Part shown: one piece after another, positions 55,184 through 64,000 of the stretch
Position numbering within the stretch: the stretch's first letter is position 1
Layout: each line of letters opens with the position of its first letter
The notes under the pieces: generated by a model
Seen by the model: the letters and a program-made list of their open reading frames with translations, nothing else
Database searches by the model: none
Told to the model about the DNA's origin: nothing
Program-made: the position numbers and the translations under genes
Virus record (IMG/VR): IMGVR_UViG_3300030099_007414
Location: 42,532-106,531 of that record
Strand: one strand, 5' to 3'
Source: a virus
DNA: 64,000 nucleotides

Positions 55184-55782
55184 TTTGTAGCCTCCAGAAT
55201 AATATCTAGGTTATCGGGATAACCATGTCTTCCACGGTAGTCTATATTGGTTAATTCTTCAAACTCACTCTCGCTAAGTGGAGCATCAATTACCTTGGTA
55301 AAGCCTATGTTGATCAACTTTTCATGCAAATCTTCAACTGAATAGATATATTTATGGCCGTCGTTGGTTGCGAACTTGCCATCCATGTACTTTAATCCAG
55401 ACATGGCTTCTGCCATGAAAGCAAAATTTAAAAATCTTGTTCGGGTTCCAAATAGGCTCTTGTGACGCTTGTTAAAGTCGGAATCCCAATCGATATATCT
55501 TCTTATATAAGTATCCAAACTAGGAGTGGAGCACCTAAATATTCCGCCGGGTTTCAAAACTCTGTGTATTTCTTGCATGATTTTATATCCATCAACTTCA
55601 TCAAAATGTTCAACAGCGTGCTCGAAAAATATAAAATCAACACTGTTATTATCAAAAGGAAAAGTATGTAAAAGATTGATGAACCCCACATCCGATGATC
55701 GGGGCCTTAGATCGTAATTTTCCCATCCGGGCAATAGATTTGCACCGCAAGCTAAGTGTATTTTTCTTTTATTTTGTGGCAT
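55180..55782 (-). CDS. Class I SAM-dependent methyltransferase
   Basis: IHLACG..., FPFDNNSVDFIF.EH..EH, EIHRVLKPGG. Start ATG 55782. Confidence 0.85.
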   Translation of the reverse strand: MPQNKRKIHLACGANLLPGWENYDLRPRSSDVGFINLLHTFPFDNNSVDFIFFEHAVEHFDEVDGYKIMQEIHRVLKPGGIFRCSTPSLDTYIRRYIDWDSDFNKRHKSLFGTRTRFLNFAFMAEAMSGLKYMDGKFATNDGHKYIYSVEDLHEKLINIGFTKVIDAPLSESEFEELTNIDYRGRHGYPDNLDIILEATK

Positions 55783-56662
55783 ATCCCACTCCTGTTTTTC
55801 CAAAATTGTTCCCATTATAAAACATAAATTTTCTCCCCTCATAAATAACAACATAAGGATAAGCAGTCATATCACTATCCCACCCTTCTTCTGACCGAGG
55901 TAAGACATTTAAACCCTCTATGTCCCACCTAATTCCATCTAGAGATGTGGCTAGTCCTATCTTATAGCTGCTATCTGATTTTACTCTGTAGTCTGTGTGG
56001 CCTCTGTGAGAGAACCACATATAATATTTTTTACCTTCTTTTATTACGCTTGATTGAGATATTGCGGCTATATTATTTTTCCGAGGAATACAAGTAATAT
56101 TTTTGGGATCCCAATCGATTCCATTTTTAGATTCTGCATATTTTATATCATAAAAGGACTCTACCTTATTTCCTACTTTTTTCCACTCTCGGCAAGATAA
56201 GTACCACCCTCTCCAAATATCATTTTCCACCATAATAGAAATGGTTCCTGTAAAGCCCGGTTCTTTATGGGAAGTGCCAAGGACAGGACCAAGAGAATAT
56301 TTTTCATATTCTTGGCCGTCGTTGCTGATTGCCAATCCTATGGTGTTGTGATATGGGACATCTTGGCGATTGGTCCACCCTATATAAAAAAGATATTTTC
56401 GATCCTTGTAATTAATAATTTCGGCTGGCATGACACCTGCTTGATCAAAATAGCCCAGATCGCCTGGATGCAGAAGGGGAGATTTACACTCATATAAGAT
56501 GTTAGAAGGATTACCGGCCTCTACATCAAAATACATAGGATAACTTTTATTATTTACCCGATTGGAATAGAAGATGCGCCAATATGATGGGTCACTGCTA
56601 TCAACTATTGGCAGTTGTGACCAATGGGGGCTAAATATGTTTCCCCGCTTTTCCCAAGTCAT
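55769..56662 (-). CDS. Five-bladed beta-propeller glycoside hydrolase-like protein (GH32/43/130 clan-like)
   Basis: Repeated blades: YLFYIGW..IGLAISNDG, IKYAESKNGIDW, YMWFS..IGLATSLDGIRW, MFYNGN..GVGYA. Confidence 0.75.
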   Translation of the reverse strand: MTWEKRGNIFSPHWSQLPIVDSSDPSYWRIFYSNRVNNKSYPMYFDVEAGNPSNILYECKSPLLHPGDLGYFDQAGVMPAEIINYKDRKYLFYIGWTNRQDVPYHNTIGLAISNDGQEYEKYSLGPVLGTSHKEPGFTGTISIMVENDIWRGWYLSCREWKKVGNKVESFYDIKYAESKNGIDWDPKNITCIPRKNNIAAISQSSVIKEGKKYYMWFSHRGHTDYRVKSDSSYKIGLATSLDGIRWDIEGLNVLPRSEEGWDSDMTAYPYVVIYEGRKFMFYNGNNFGKTGVGYATK

Positions 56663-56677
56663 GATATCACCAGTTAA

Positions 56678-57409
56678 TTAAATATAAGAATGCCAAGGTC
56701 GGCTGTTAACACCACAATAAGGATCGAGATTCGAACCTAAATCTAATTGTATCACATCATCACCAAAAAGTAAATAGTTTTTTAATATTAAATTCTTAGT
56801 CAGTATAGAAGCCGAATAGAGGACAATAGGATTCTTTTTTTGAGATATTGAATCTGATAATCTTTCTTGTATATCGATCTCGTGCTCCCAGCACTTTACA
56901 GAGGGAACAGTAATAATCTCGTACTCCTTGAATAGCTTTAAATTTTTTAGATGTGCTGGCCCGACCAAAATCAAGGGCCTTTCACTCTTATTAATCTCTG
57001 CAACAATGTTCTGAAAATTTCTCGCAACAGTCGTCCAGCTCATCAATGAAGCGGGAATTTTATTTTTAATTTGGCCGGACAAGTAATTGGTATAATCGGT
57101 AATGTGCATTTTTGCGTTCCAGATCGTATTCTCCTGTAAGCCGATTAATAAATTGCCACCTTCTTCTGTCATATCGACCAGTGACTGTAGGTTGTTTGAT
57201 AAGTGCTCAACATGTTCGGGAGATATTGATCCATTGACTGACTTTTTAAAAGCCATGACATAAATTTCACCGTCGCAAATTCTGACTAAAGAAAACGGTT
57301 TATCACTTTTTAGTAAATCTAATAATTTTTCGTAATATGTGGCAAAGTCTGGCATTTCTCCGCTTGGAAATGACATCATTTTCCACTTGTAAAAAGCCTG
57401 ATCTGACAC
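56678..57409 (-). CDS. GT-D fold (DUF1792-like) glycosyltransferase-related protein
   Basis: KPFSLVRICDGE N-terminal motif and C-terminal LDLGS.LD motif. Confidence 0.6.
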   Translation of the reverse strand: MSDQAFYKWKMMSFPSGEMPDFATYYEKLLDLLKSDKPFSLVRICDGEIYVMAFKKSVNGSISPEHVEHLSNNLQSLVDMTEEGGNLLIGLQENTIWNAKMHITDYTNYLSGQIKNKIPASLMSWTTVARNFQNIVAEINKSERPLILVGPAHLKNLKLFKEYEIITVPSVKCWEHEIDIQERLSDSISQKKNPIVLYSASILTKNLILKNYLLFGDDVIQLDLGSNLDPYCGVNSRPWHSYI

Positions 57410-57437
57410 TGCTCAACGACCCCTAAATCAATTAGAT

Positions 57438-58100
57438 TCAGTAAACCTCAAAAGATTTTTTATCTTGAATCTTAGCAGGAGATCCCATATAGAACCCACC
57501 AATTTCAGTATCTTTCGTAACCAAAGAGCCCATTGCAATCAAGGTAGATTCGCCAACACACAATCCGTCGCGCAAGGTGCAATTAACTCCAAGCCAAGAG
57601 TTCTTGCCAATATTACAGTGTCCGGACATAACTACGTGAGAAGTAAAAAATACGTTATCTTCTATTACGCTGTGGTGCCCTATGTGGTTCCCACTCCACA
57701 TTACAACGTTATTGCCGATTTTTGTAAATGGCTGTATCGTATTATCTTCCAAAATGAAGCAGTTATCACCGATCTCATTATTGAAAATGGTGGCTTTTGA
57801 GCTGATATAACTACAAAAACGATACCCTTTCTGTAAGCCTCTATTATATATTGCTTCTCTTGTTTTGTTCATTTGTATTCCCGTCATAGGCGCGAATAGC
57901 ATGTGCTCATTGGGATCATAGATATCCTCTAAGTTGTCAAAATCAACCAAAGGTAGTCCTTCAAAACTTTCAGAATCTCGGTATTCGCTATCGACTGTAA
58001 ATGCCACTACTTTATAATTAGTATAATCTTTGTCGTTATCAAAGTAGTACTTTGCCAATTGTGCCAAATCTTTATTTCCAAATATAATAATTTTTTTCAT
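57438..58100 (-). CDS. Sugar O/N-acetyltransferase (NeuD/PglD-like hexapeptide repeat)
   Basis: IIIFGN Rossmann-like N-terminus; left-handed beta-helix repeats IGDNCFI, IGNNVV, IGHHSVI; GSPAK. Confidence 0.9.
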   Translation of the reverse strand: MKKIIIFGNKDLAQLAKYYFDNDKDYTNYKVVAFTVDSEYRDSESFEGLPLVDFDNLEDIYDPNEHMLFAPMTGIQMNKTREAIYNRGLQKGYRFCSYISSKATIFNNEIGDNCFILEDNTIQPFTKIGNNVVMWSGNHIGHHSVIEDNVFFTSHVVMSGHCNIGKNSWLGVNCTLRDGLCVGESTLIAMGSLVTKDTEIGGFYMGSPAKIQDKKSFEVY

Positions 58101-58732
58101 TTGCGCAAGTCCTTAAAAACGTAGGTTGTGTATTCGTAAAGTCCATAATCATTTTTGACAACAAAGTATCTAGAGATGTTACTGCATAAAAATGTTGCCA
58201 ATTGGTCCATACTAAGATGAAAAAGGTCGTCCCTTTCAAAGTCTACCGCTTTTGACATCACATTAAAAGCAATACCACAGTTGACTTGAGGCCAGATATT
58301 TTTTATAAAAGTTTCGAAAAACTCTTTCATAGAAGAGAAGTCTAGATCCATTTTTACCGTGAATATTCCATTCATGATTATAAAATCGTAATTTCTTGGC
58401 AAAGACTCGCTCATTACATCTATTTTATAAAATTTATTTTCTTTAAATTTACTAGAGGCTATATCGATATGGTCTTGAGATATATCGGCTCCCTCATAGG
58501 TGATGAGATTTTTTTCAATTAAGCCACTGTTTTTTAAAAAATCTAAAAACATTCCAGTACCACAACCTAAATCTAAAATAGATACGTCACTTTTATCTTG
58601 AAATAGTTCGGCCATTGTATTGTATCTTTTTAATAAATCTTGACGATTGGGCCAATCATGTCCCAGATGACCGTCGCCATGCTCCTGTAAGCATTTTTTA
58701 TAGTGATTGGATATTTTTTTATAATCTGACAT
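58097..58732 (-). CDS. Class I SAM-dependent methyltransferase
   Basis: SILDLGCGTG, YEGADIS, YDFIIMNGIF. Start ATG 58732. Confidence 0.88.
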   Translation of the reverse strand: MSDYKKISNHYKKCLQEHGDGHLGHDWPNRQDLLKRYNTMAELFQDKSDVSILDLGCGTGMFLDFLKNSGLIEKNLITYEGADISQDHIDIASSKFKENKFYKIDVMSESLPRNYDFIIMNGIFTVKMDLDFSSMKEFFETFIKNIWPQVNCGIAFNVMSKAVDFERDDLFHLSMDQLATFLCSNISRYFVVKNDYGLYEYTTYVFKDLRK

Positions 58733-58733
58733 A

Positions 58734-59399
58734 CTACTCCAAAACATAATCATTTAGCGAAAATGTTGTCTCTCTCATGAGCAGGTCGATTATGGAAAAA
58801 TAATTAAAAGGCTGATTTGTCTTTATAAAACTAAGTTCAATTCCTAAATCAGAGAACTGCTCTTTTGTGTACAGCTCTTTACCGCCGATTGAATTGATAT
58901 AATGTGTTGCGCCTAAGTATTTACAAATGTTAGCCAGCTTTTCTTGAAATTTTCCATCAACAGGAATATCACTAGAAAAAACAAAGTCTGTTTTTATATT
59001 CAAAAAACTACTCGTAGACATTAGGGAATCTGAAGAAAGCTGACTTATTAAGTCATGGTCGTTGTCCAGAACACCTCTAATTAACCTCATTGTCGAATCG
59101 AAATTATTACTTTTGGCATATCTGCGATTCAATGTCTTGAAAAATTTAATTTTCCAAGAAGAATATTCATTTGAAATTTCTATATCTTTAATTAAACTAT
59201 CTCTATTTCCCTTTTTCACAGGAACACTAAATAAGTGCTTTTCATCAGATAGGTCAGAAGCACTAATATTATTCCTATTAATCCATCCACGCCGAATATA
59301 TTGAACATCATCTAGAATCACAAAAGTATCCACACAATTAATCATCTGATAGTATCCAATATAGGGAAATAAGTATGGCTGCATTATAGCTAATTTCAT
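58734..59399 (-). CDS. wbqC: WbqC family protein
   Basis: MKLAIMQPYLFPYIGYYQMI..VD.FVILDDVQY..RGWINRN, GATHYIN.IGG..LY, SIIDLL. Confidence 0.92.
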   Translation of the reverse strand: MKLAIMQPYLFPYIGYYQMINCVDTFVILDDVQYIRRGWINRNNISASDLSDEKHLFSVPVKKGNRDSLIKDIEISNEYSSWKIKFFKTLNRRYAKSNNFDSTMRLIRGVLDNDHDLISQLSSDSLMSTSSFLNIKTDFVFSSDIPVDGKFQEKLANICKYLGATHYINSIGGKELYTKEQFSDLGIELSFIKTNQPFNYFSIIDLLMRETTFSLNDYVLE

Positions 59400-60430
59400 T
59401 TTAGAGACCCGGCGATTGATTCACAAATGGATTCTATTTCGTAATCCGAAAGGTCTGCATGAAGGGGCAGGTTTATTATTTTAGAATAAAGCTCTAATGA
59501 ATTTTCATGATTGTTTAGGGGGTAGTAATATTTTTTAGCCTCTATTCCATTGTAGAGAAAGTAGTCCACTTCTTGAGGGCGGTCGTACATTAGTGGCAAA
59601 TTTCCATAAACAACCCCGTTAGAGTTCTTATAAACACATATACCTGACAAGCTTGAGACATAAGAGATGAATTTTTCTTGAACCCGTTTGTGCGCCTCTA
59701 TGTCATATCTTTCAATATGTTGTAAAATAGCTGCCGCGCTGACATCTGACATTTTAAAATTAGAACTATATGGGTTACTTGTCCTTTCTCTGGAAAGTCC
59801 ATTAAAGCCGAAGCCCAAGATTTGATTTATCTCTTCTTTGTTTTCTTTGGCTATCACAATGAAACCGCCCTCACCAAAGCCTAAATATTTAGTATGATGC
59901 AGAGAGCCAAATGCAGCGTCACCCAAGTTGCAATAGTTTATACCCTCAATTTTACTACATGGTGAAGATGCATTATCTAAAATAACAACCTTATTCATAT
60001 TTTTAGAAATGTCTAAAATTTCACCTAAACTTTCAGGATGTGTGCCGAACAAGTTAGTTAGAAGGATTATATCATTATCTCTAAATATGTCCAAGTCAGC
60101 AACTGGAATAGTGCCAGTTTCTTTATTTATATCAACCAATAAGGGCTTCAAGCCTCCCACATTGCAGGATGGAAAAGTATAAGATGGACTGACTGCTTTT
60201 TTTAGACCCCTCTTCTCATAAAAGAACAAAAGAGCGTGTAAAGCCAGAGTTCCGTTGGCGACACACACGACACACTTGTCGGGGTGGATTTCTAGAATTT
60301 TTTCTAGCTTTTTTTCTAAAGCAAACTTAACAGGGCCGCGATTAGTATATTGATTAGTCTTTTGTGACTTTTCCAAAATTTTAGAAAATAACGAATAATC
60401 TATTTTTTTATTTTGTATGTATTTTATCAT
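59396..60430 (-). CDS. DegT/DnrJ/EryC1/StrS PLP-dependent nucleotide-sugar aminotransferase
   Basis: NGTLAL, PSYTFP, ILDNA, SLHHTKYLGFGEGG (PLP lysine), NFKMSD, YY.PL, LPLH. Confidence 0.9.
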   Translation of the reverse strand: MIKYIQNKKIDYSLFSKILEKSQKTNQYTNRGPVKFALEKKLEKILEIHPDKCVVCVANGTLALHALLFFYEKRGLKKAVSPSYTFPSCNVGGLKPLLVDINKETGTIPVADLDIFRDNDIILLTNLFGTHPESLGEILDISKNMNKVVILDNASSPCSKIEGINYCNLGDAAFGSLHHTKYLGFGEGGFIVIAKENKEEINQILGFGFNGLSRERTSNPYSSNFKMSDVSAAAILQHIERYDIEAHKRVQEKFISYVSSLSGICVYKNSNGVVYGNLPLMYDRPQEVDYFLYNGIEAKKYYYPLNNHENSLELYSKIINLPLHADLSDYEIESICESIAGSLK

Positions 60431-61143
60431 AAGTCGTCACCTTCTTCTCCCAAGTGAAGACTAATATCTCTGGGGATTATGTTATCCAAATCGCTGATCG
60501 AGATTGGAAGTACATCATTATTTCTTCTCTTAGCTATCGCATATACCGTAGATCTTGAAGATCCCACATGTCTTATACCTGTATGATTTTTCTTGATACA
60601 TTCTAGCACTAATGGAGAAATAATATCTACATAATCTTTAGAAGTCCACTGATCGACAAGTGCTTTTTCGTAAGGAAATTTTTTTCCATAAAAGCTAGTC
60701 CTGATTACCAGAGAATTATCACATGTTCTTACTAGAAGCTCTGCAGCTGCTTTTGTTTTTGCATAGTTAGACAAAGGGTTTATGGGGTCATCAGTTTTAT
60801 AGTTCCCCTTTTTTCCATCAAAAACATAGTCTGTCGAAATATAAACTAATCTTTTCTTATACTTCATACACGCATGCAGAACGTTGAAAGTGCCCAAAAC
60901 ATTAATGTGGGCTGCGAGTAGGGGGTATTTTTCAGCCGTCTTGACATCCGTAAAAGCAGCACAGTGTACCACAGTATCACCTTCAAAATTTTTGATATTT
61001 TCATCAACTTGACAGCCAACTCTAATATCACATTCATCTGATGATGGGCTGATAAATTTGATGTTATATTTTGTGGAATCTAACATCATTTGAGAACCTA
61101 GCGTTCCAGAGCCCCCGGTTAAAAGCATGTTCTCAACTACCAT
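60427..61143 (-). CDS. rmlD: dTDP-4-dehydrorhamnose reductase
   Basis: TGGSGTLG, VHCAAFTDV, YISTDYVFDG.KG, PLSNYAKTK. Confidence 0.88.
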   Translation of the reverse strand: MVVENMLLTGGSGTLGSQMMLDSTKYNIKFISPSSDECDIRVGCQVDENIKNFEGDTVVHCAAFTDVKTAEKYPLLAAHINVLGTFNVLHACMKYKKRLVYISTDYVFDGKKGNYKTDDPINPLSNYAKTKAAAELLVRTCDNSLVIRTSFYGKKFPYEKALVDQWTSKDYVDIISPLVLECIKKNHTGIRHVGSSRSTVYAIAKRRNNDVLPISISDLDNIIPRDISLHLGEEGDDL

Positions 61144-62024
61144 CTAAAAATGCCATACTTATGCTCAGGTTCCCATCCTAAGTCTCTTAGTTTTTTAGAA
61201 CTAATAGAGTATCTAAGATCTTGGCCCCAGCGGTTTTCTACAAACTGTAGTTGTTTACGATCTTTCTTGTGCCAAGATAAAACCTCGTCTACCACTTCAA
61301 GATTAGTGAGATGATTTTCAGCAGCGATATTGAAAATTTCATTCTTCACTTCTGCGTCTATGATACACAATAATCCACTAATATTATCCTTAACATATGT
61401 CCAGTCTCTAATATAAGATCCATCTCCATGAATGGGAATCTTTTTTCCTCGATTCAGACTGTCTATACACTTAGGAATTAATTTTTCTTCATATTGTCTT
61501 GGTCCATAATTGTTTGCACTTCTGGTGATAATATAATCAATTCCATATGTTCTCGCATAAGATAATACTAGCATTTCTGCAGCTGCTTTGGTTGCAGAAT
61601 ATGGATTAGAGGGACTTAACTTATCTTTTTCCGTAAACGATCCAATTAGTCTGTCTCCATATACTTCGTCGGTGCTAATGTGTAAAAAGAGGGGTCGATT
61701 GTACTTTGGTTTACCCCTCACAAGCTCTAACAAATTATGAACTCCAAGAATATTACTCCTGACAAAAGGATCTGTGTCTCTGATAGAATTATCAACATGG
61801 CTTTCAGCGGCAAAATTAACTATTACATCACAGTTTGGAATATGGCCAAGCTCACTAATATCTTCTCTTAAGAGTGTATAATTGGGGTTGGAATCCCACG
61901 GTAACTTTTCGGCAGCCGCATAGGTCATTTTGTCAATATCAACTATCTCGTCTCCCCTTTTCAAAACTTCTTCGACAAAGTGGGAGCCAATAAATCCCCT
62001 ACCGCCAGTAACAACAAATTTCAT
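61137..62024 (-). CDS. rmlB: dTDP-glucose 4,6-dehydratase
   Basis: TGGRGFIGSHFV, NFAAESHVDNSI, HISTDEVYG, NPYSATKA, NNYGPRQ.EKLIP, DLRYS. Confidence 0.95.
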   Translation of the reverse strand: MKFVVTGGRGFIGSHFVEEVLKRGDEIVDIDKMTYAAAEKLPWDSNPNYTLLREDISELGHIPNCDVIVNFAAESHVDNSIRDTDPFVRSNILGVHNLLELVRGKPKYNRPLFLHISTDEVYGDRLIGSFTEKDKLSPSNPYSATKAAAEMLVLSYARTYGIDYIITRSANNYGPRQYEEKLIPKCIDSLNRGKKIPIHGDGSYIRDWTYVKDNISGLLCIIDAEVKNEIFNIAAENHLTNLEVVDEVLSWHKKDRKQLQFVENRWGQDLRYSISSKKLRDLGWEPEHKYGIFRW

Positions 62025-62032
62025 TTTAGACC

Positions 62033-62566
62033 TCAAAATGTGAATTTAAATTCCCTATCGTATTGTTCCCAAGAGATACCTTTTTTATCCTTTTCAGATA
62101 TAATAACATGCTTTGGCTCAATAGTCAAGTTTAAATTTATTTTTTTATCAAATATGTCGATGCATCCTTCGCCCGATTTGTTGTAAAAGCTTGTACATTT
62201 ATACATTATAATCGAATCTTGTAGCGATTCGAACCCGTGAGCAAATCCGGGGGGGATCCATAGCATTTTATTATTATTTGAACTTATATGAAAACTAAAA
62301 AGCTCCCCATAACTAGGAGAACCTTTTCTGATATCTAAAATATGATCAATTATAGAACCCTTAATAACGTGAACCAACTTTCCCATTGGCTTATCCCACT
62401 GATAATGCATCCCTCGGATTACACCCTTTTGGGAATAGGATATATTATCTTGAAGAAATGGCAAGTTTATTTCTTTGGAAATTTTTTTTGAGAAAGATTC
62501 ATAGAAAAAACCACGATGATCGTGGTGCCTCTTTACTTCAAACAAGGCATAGTCTTTATTTTTCAC
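62033..62566 (-). CDS. rmlC: dTDP-4-dehydrorhamnose 3,5-epimerase
   Basis: DHRGFFYE, QDNISYS.KGVIRGMHYQ, DIRKGSP, LWIPPGFAHGF, SEKD. Confidence 0.95.
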   Translation of the reverse strand: MKNKDYALFEVKRHHDHRGFFYESFSKKISKEINLPFLQDNISYSQKGVIRGMHYQWDKPMGKLVHVIKGSIIDHILDIRKGSPSYGELFSFHISSNNNKMLWIPPGFAHGFESLQDSIIMYKCTSFYNKSGEGCIDIFDKKINLNLTIEPKHVIISEKDKKGISWEQYDREFKFTF

Positions 62567-63609
62567 AATATTACCTTATGAATCTTATCGTTCCAAATTT
62601 TAGAAAACAATACATGATCATTTAGCATTTGCATATCTTCCTTATTCTCTCTAGAGCTATGAAAGTTTGCAGACTCATCATGATAAAAATAAATATCTTT
62701 TCCAAAATACATCGGAATGTCGCCGTTTTCAGCAGCTCGTAAGCAAATATCTGTGTCTTGTAGATTTTTGGACATGCTAGGGTTTAAGCCTCCGATGCCA
62801 ATAAAGTACTCCAAATCCCAAATATGCAAAGCACCGGTCACAAAACACATTCCACGGTCACAGTTGACGCGAGGGTCGTCAATATCTGCAAATCTTTGCA
62901 AGTGTCTAGGAGAGAAGCGCATTGGAGATCTTTCGATCTGTAGCCAATTACAGCCACCAAATTGAACAGTTTCTCTCCAAGCTCCGTTGGTCATCTCTGG
63001 AAAGACTGAAGTGATATTTATAGTGTCCAGTTCACCATTTAAAGACATTCTTTTAGGAGGATATACTAATTTAGATCCAGAAACAACAGATCCCGATTCT
63101 CGATGTCTTTTAATAAATTCATCAAAGTACTCCTCTTTGGCGCACCATAAATCAGAATTCCATAAAATTATTTCTTTACTACCAAGGGTATGACATACTT
63201 TAGCTGCAATGTTATTCAGCATAGAAAAATTAAAACCCTTTTGATTATCAACTCTCAAGTAGGATAGCTGCCTTTCCACTACGATGGACTTAAGGTCTGC
63301 AGAGGAGCGATCATCAATGACAATAATGTTTGCCTTTTGATTTACGTTGTGATCACACAAATTCTTTAAAGTGATGGACAATAGGTGCTGATCATCACGA
63401 ATTGGTATCAAAAGTGATGGTCGGCCACTATCCCAATCATCTTGGGGGTGCCACTTGCATTCGTAAGTTACATCCTTTTTTTCAAAAGAAGCTTTTTCGT
63501 CAATAAAATTTTTCAGAACCAGCTCTTTTTGGACAACAGAAAATGAACTTTTTATCGTGCGTAAATCTTTTTCAAAAAAGTTACACTCACAGAATGATTT
63601 CAGACTCAT
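62563..63609 (-). CDS. Glycosyltransferase family 2
   Basis: LLIPIRD, IIVIDDRS, FNFSMLNN.AA, LWNSD, VTGA, QDTDICLR, YHDES. Confidence 0.85.
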   Translation of the reverse strand: MSLKSFCECNFFEKDLRTIKSSFSVVQKELVLKNFIDEKASFEKKDVTYECKWHPQDDWDSGRPSLLIPIRDDQHLLSITLKNLCDHNVNQKANIIVIDDRSSADLKSIVVERQLSYLRVDNQKGFNFSMLNNIAAKVCHTLGSKEIILWNSDLWCAKEEYFDEFIKRHRESGSVVSGSKLVYPPKRMSLNGELDTINITSVFPEMTNGAWRETVQFGGCNWLQIERSPMRFSPRHLQRFADIDDPRVNCDRGMCFVTGALHIWDLEYFIGIGGLNPSMSKNLQDTDICLRAAENGDIPMYFGKDIYFYHDESANFHSSRENKEDMQMLNDHVLFSKIWNDKIHKVIL

Positions 63610-64000
63610 TTTCTTCTCCGATGGAATTAACTGCGTCAACAAAGAGAGAGTACATCTTTTCTTCAGTAAAGTTTTCTCTCAAATGCTTCTTCAATTTCGA
63701 TGCTGTTCTGCGGAATCGGGTGTTATCTGTGTATGCTTCTCTTAGAGCTTTCTTGAAACTCAACTCTCTTGGGAAGGCCCATTCCGAGTCTTGCTCGATT
63801 ACACCCTTCCATACCGCTTCGGCTTGGACTGGGCGTAGATCATATTCTACTTCTTTAAATAAAGGCTTGAGTTTTCCATTTTTTTGCTTTATATAAAGGA
63901 AGTCTCTTTGTCCAGACCAACCTATGCACACGACAGGCAATCCATTGTAAGCTGCTTCAAATAAAGGAAGGCCGTATCCCTCACCGTGAGTCGTAGAAAT
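63587..64000 (-). CDS. Glycosyltransferase family 4 (GT-B), 5'-truncated by window edge
   Basis: Frame open to 64000: ISTTHGEGYGLPLFEAAYNGLPVVCIGWSGQRDF (E-x7-E GT4 motif). Confidence 0.88.
   Translation of the reverse strand: MSTTHGEGYGLPLFEAAYNGLPVVCIGWSGQRDFLYIKQKNGKLKPLFKEVEYDLRPVQAEAVWKGVIEQDSEWAFPRELSFKKALREAYTDNTRFRRTASKLKKHLRENFTEEKMYSLFVDAVNSIGEENESEIIL

Noticed and set aside
1189-58022. Additional intragenic ACTANTTA copies (e.g. 1189, 9724, 13539, 15988, 25358, 41548, 56771, 58015)
   Set aside because: Their number is compatible with chance in AT-rich DNA; not called as promoters without TSS data.
365-63896. Numerous plus-strand ORFs and short nested minus-strand ORFs in the ORF track
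   Set aside because: All lie antisense to or within well-supported minus-strand genes and show no recognisable motifs; treated as shadow ORFs.
1-64000. Stop-codon reassignment, as seen in some large phages
   Set aside because: Genes are full length under code 11 and terminate with TAA, TAG and TGA at tight junctions.
1-64000. CRISPR array, tRNA genes, introns/inteins, transposases
   Set aside because: Intergenic gaps are at most about 100 bp with no repeat-spacer or cloverleaf pattern seen; terminase, primase and portal show no intein-sized insertions.

Overview
A 64-kb, densely packed segment of a large T4-like (contractile-tailed, probably jumbo) bacteriophage genome, with every supported gene on the minus strand and the standard genetic code. 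Transcription runs right to left in this order. (1) A >9.5-kb sugar-biosynthesis/glycosylation island: GT4, GT2, rmlC-rmlB-rmlD, DegT aminotransferase, WbqC, methyltransferases, acetyltransferase, GT-D-like protein, GH-like propeller, GT2. (2) A sigma70-promoted operon containing a gp55-like late sigma factor. (3) A baseplate/tail-tip module: M23 peptidase, HxH spike, gp25, gp6, LamG proteins including a ~3000-aa protein, and paralogous wedge/fibre-anchor proteins. (4) RuvC, primase and a single-chain Mre11-Rad50 fusion. (5) A putative holin/spanin-like trio. (6) The head module: terminase, portal, prohead protease, scaffold, major capsid and gp13/15/14-like neck proteins, with a phage-encoded ribosomal protein bS21 embedded in it. 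(7) A YeaH/YhbH (DUF444, vWA) gene, missed by the ORF track, directly coupled to the neck operon. The most interesting hypothesis is a phage-encoded virion protein O-glycosylation system: a subset of structural proteins is strikingly enriched in a (S/T)-(G/A/S)-(S/T) motif, and the island resembles protein-glycosylation loci more than O-antigen loci. All calls come from reading motifs by eye; no database search was run.
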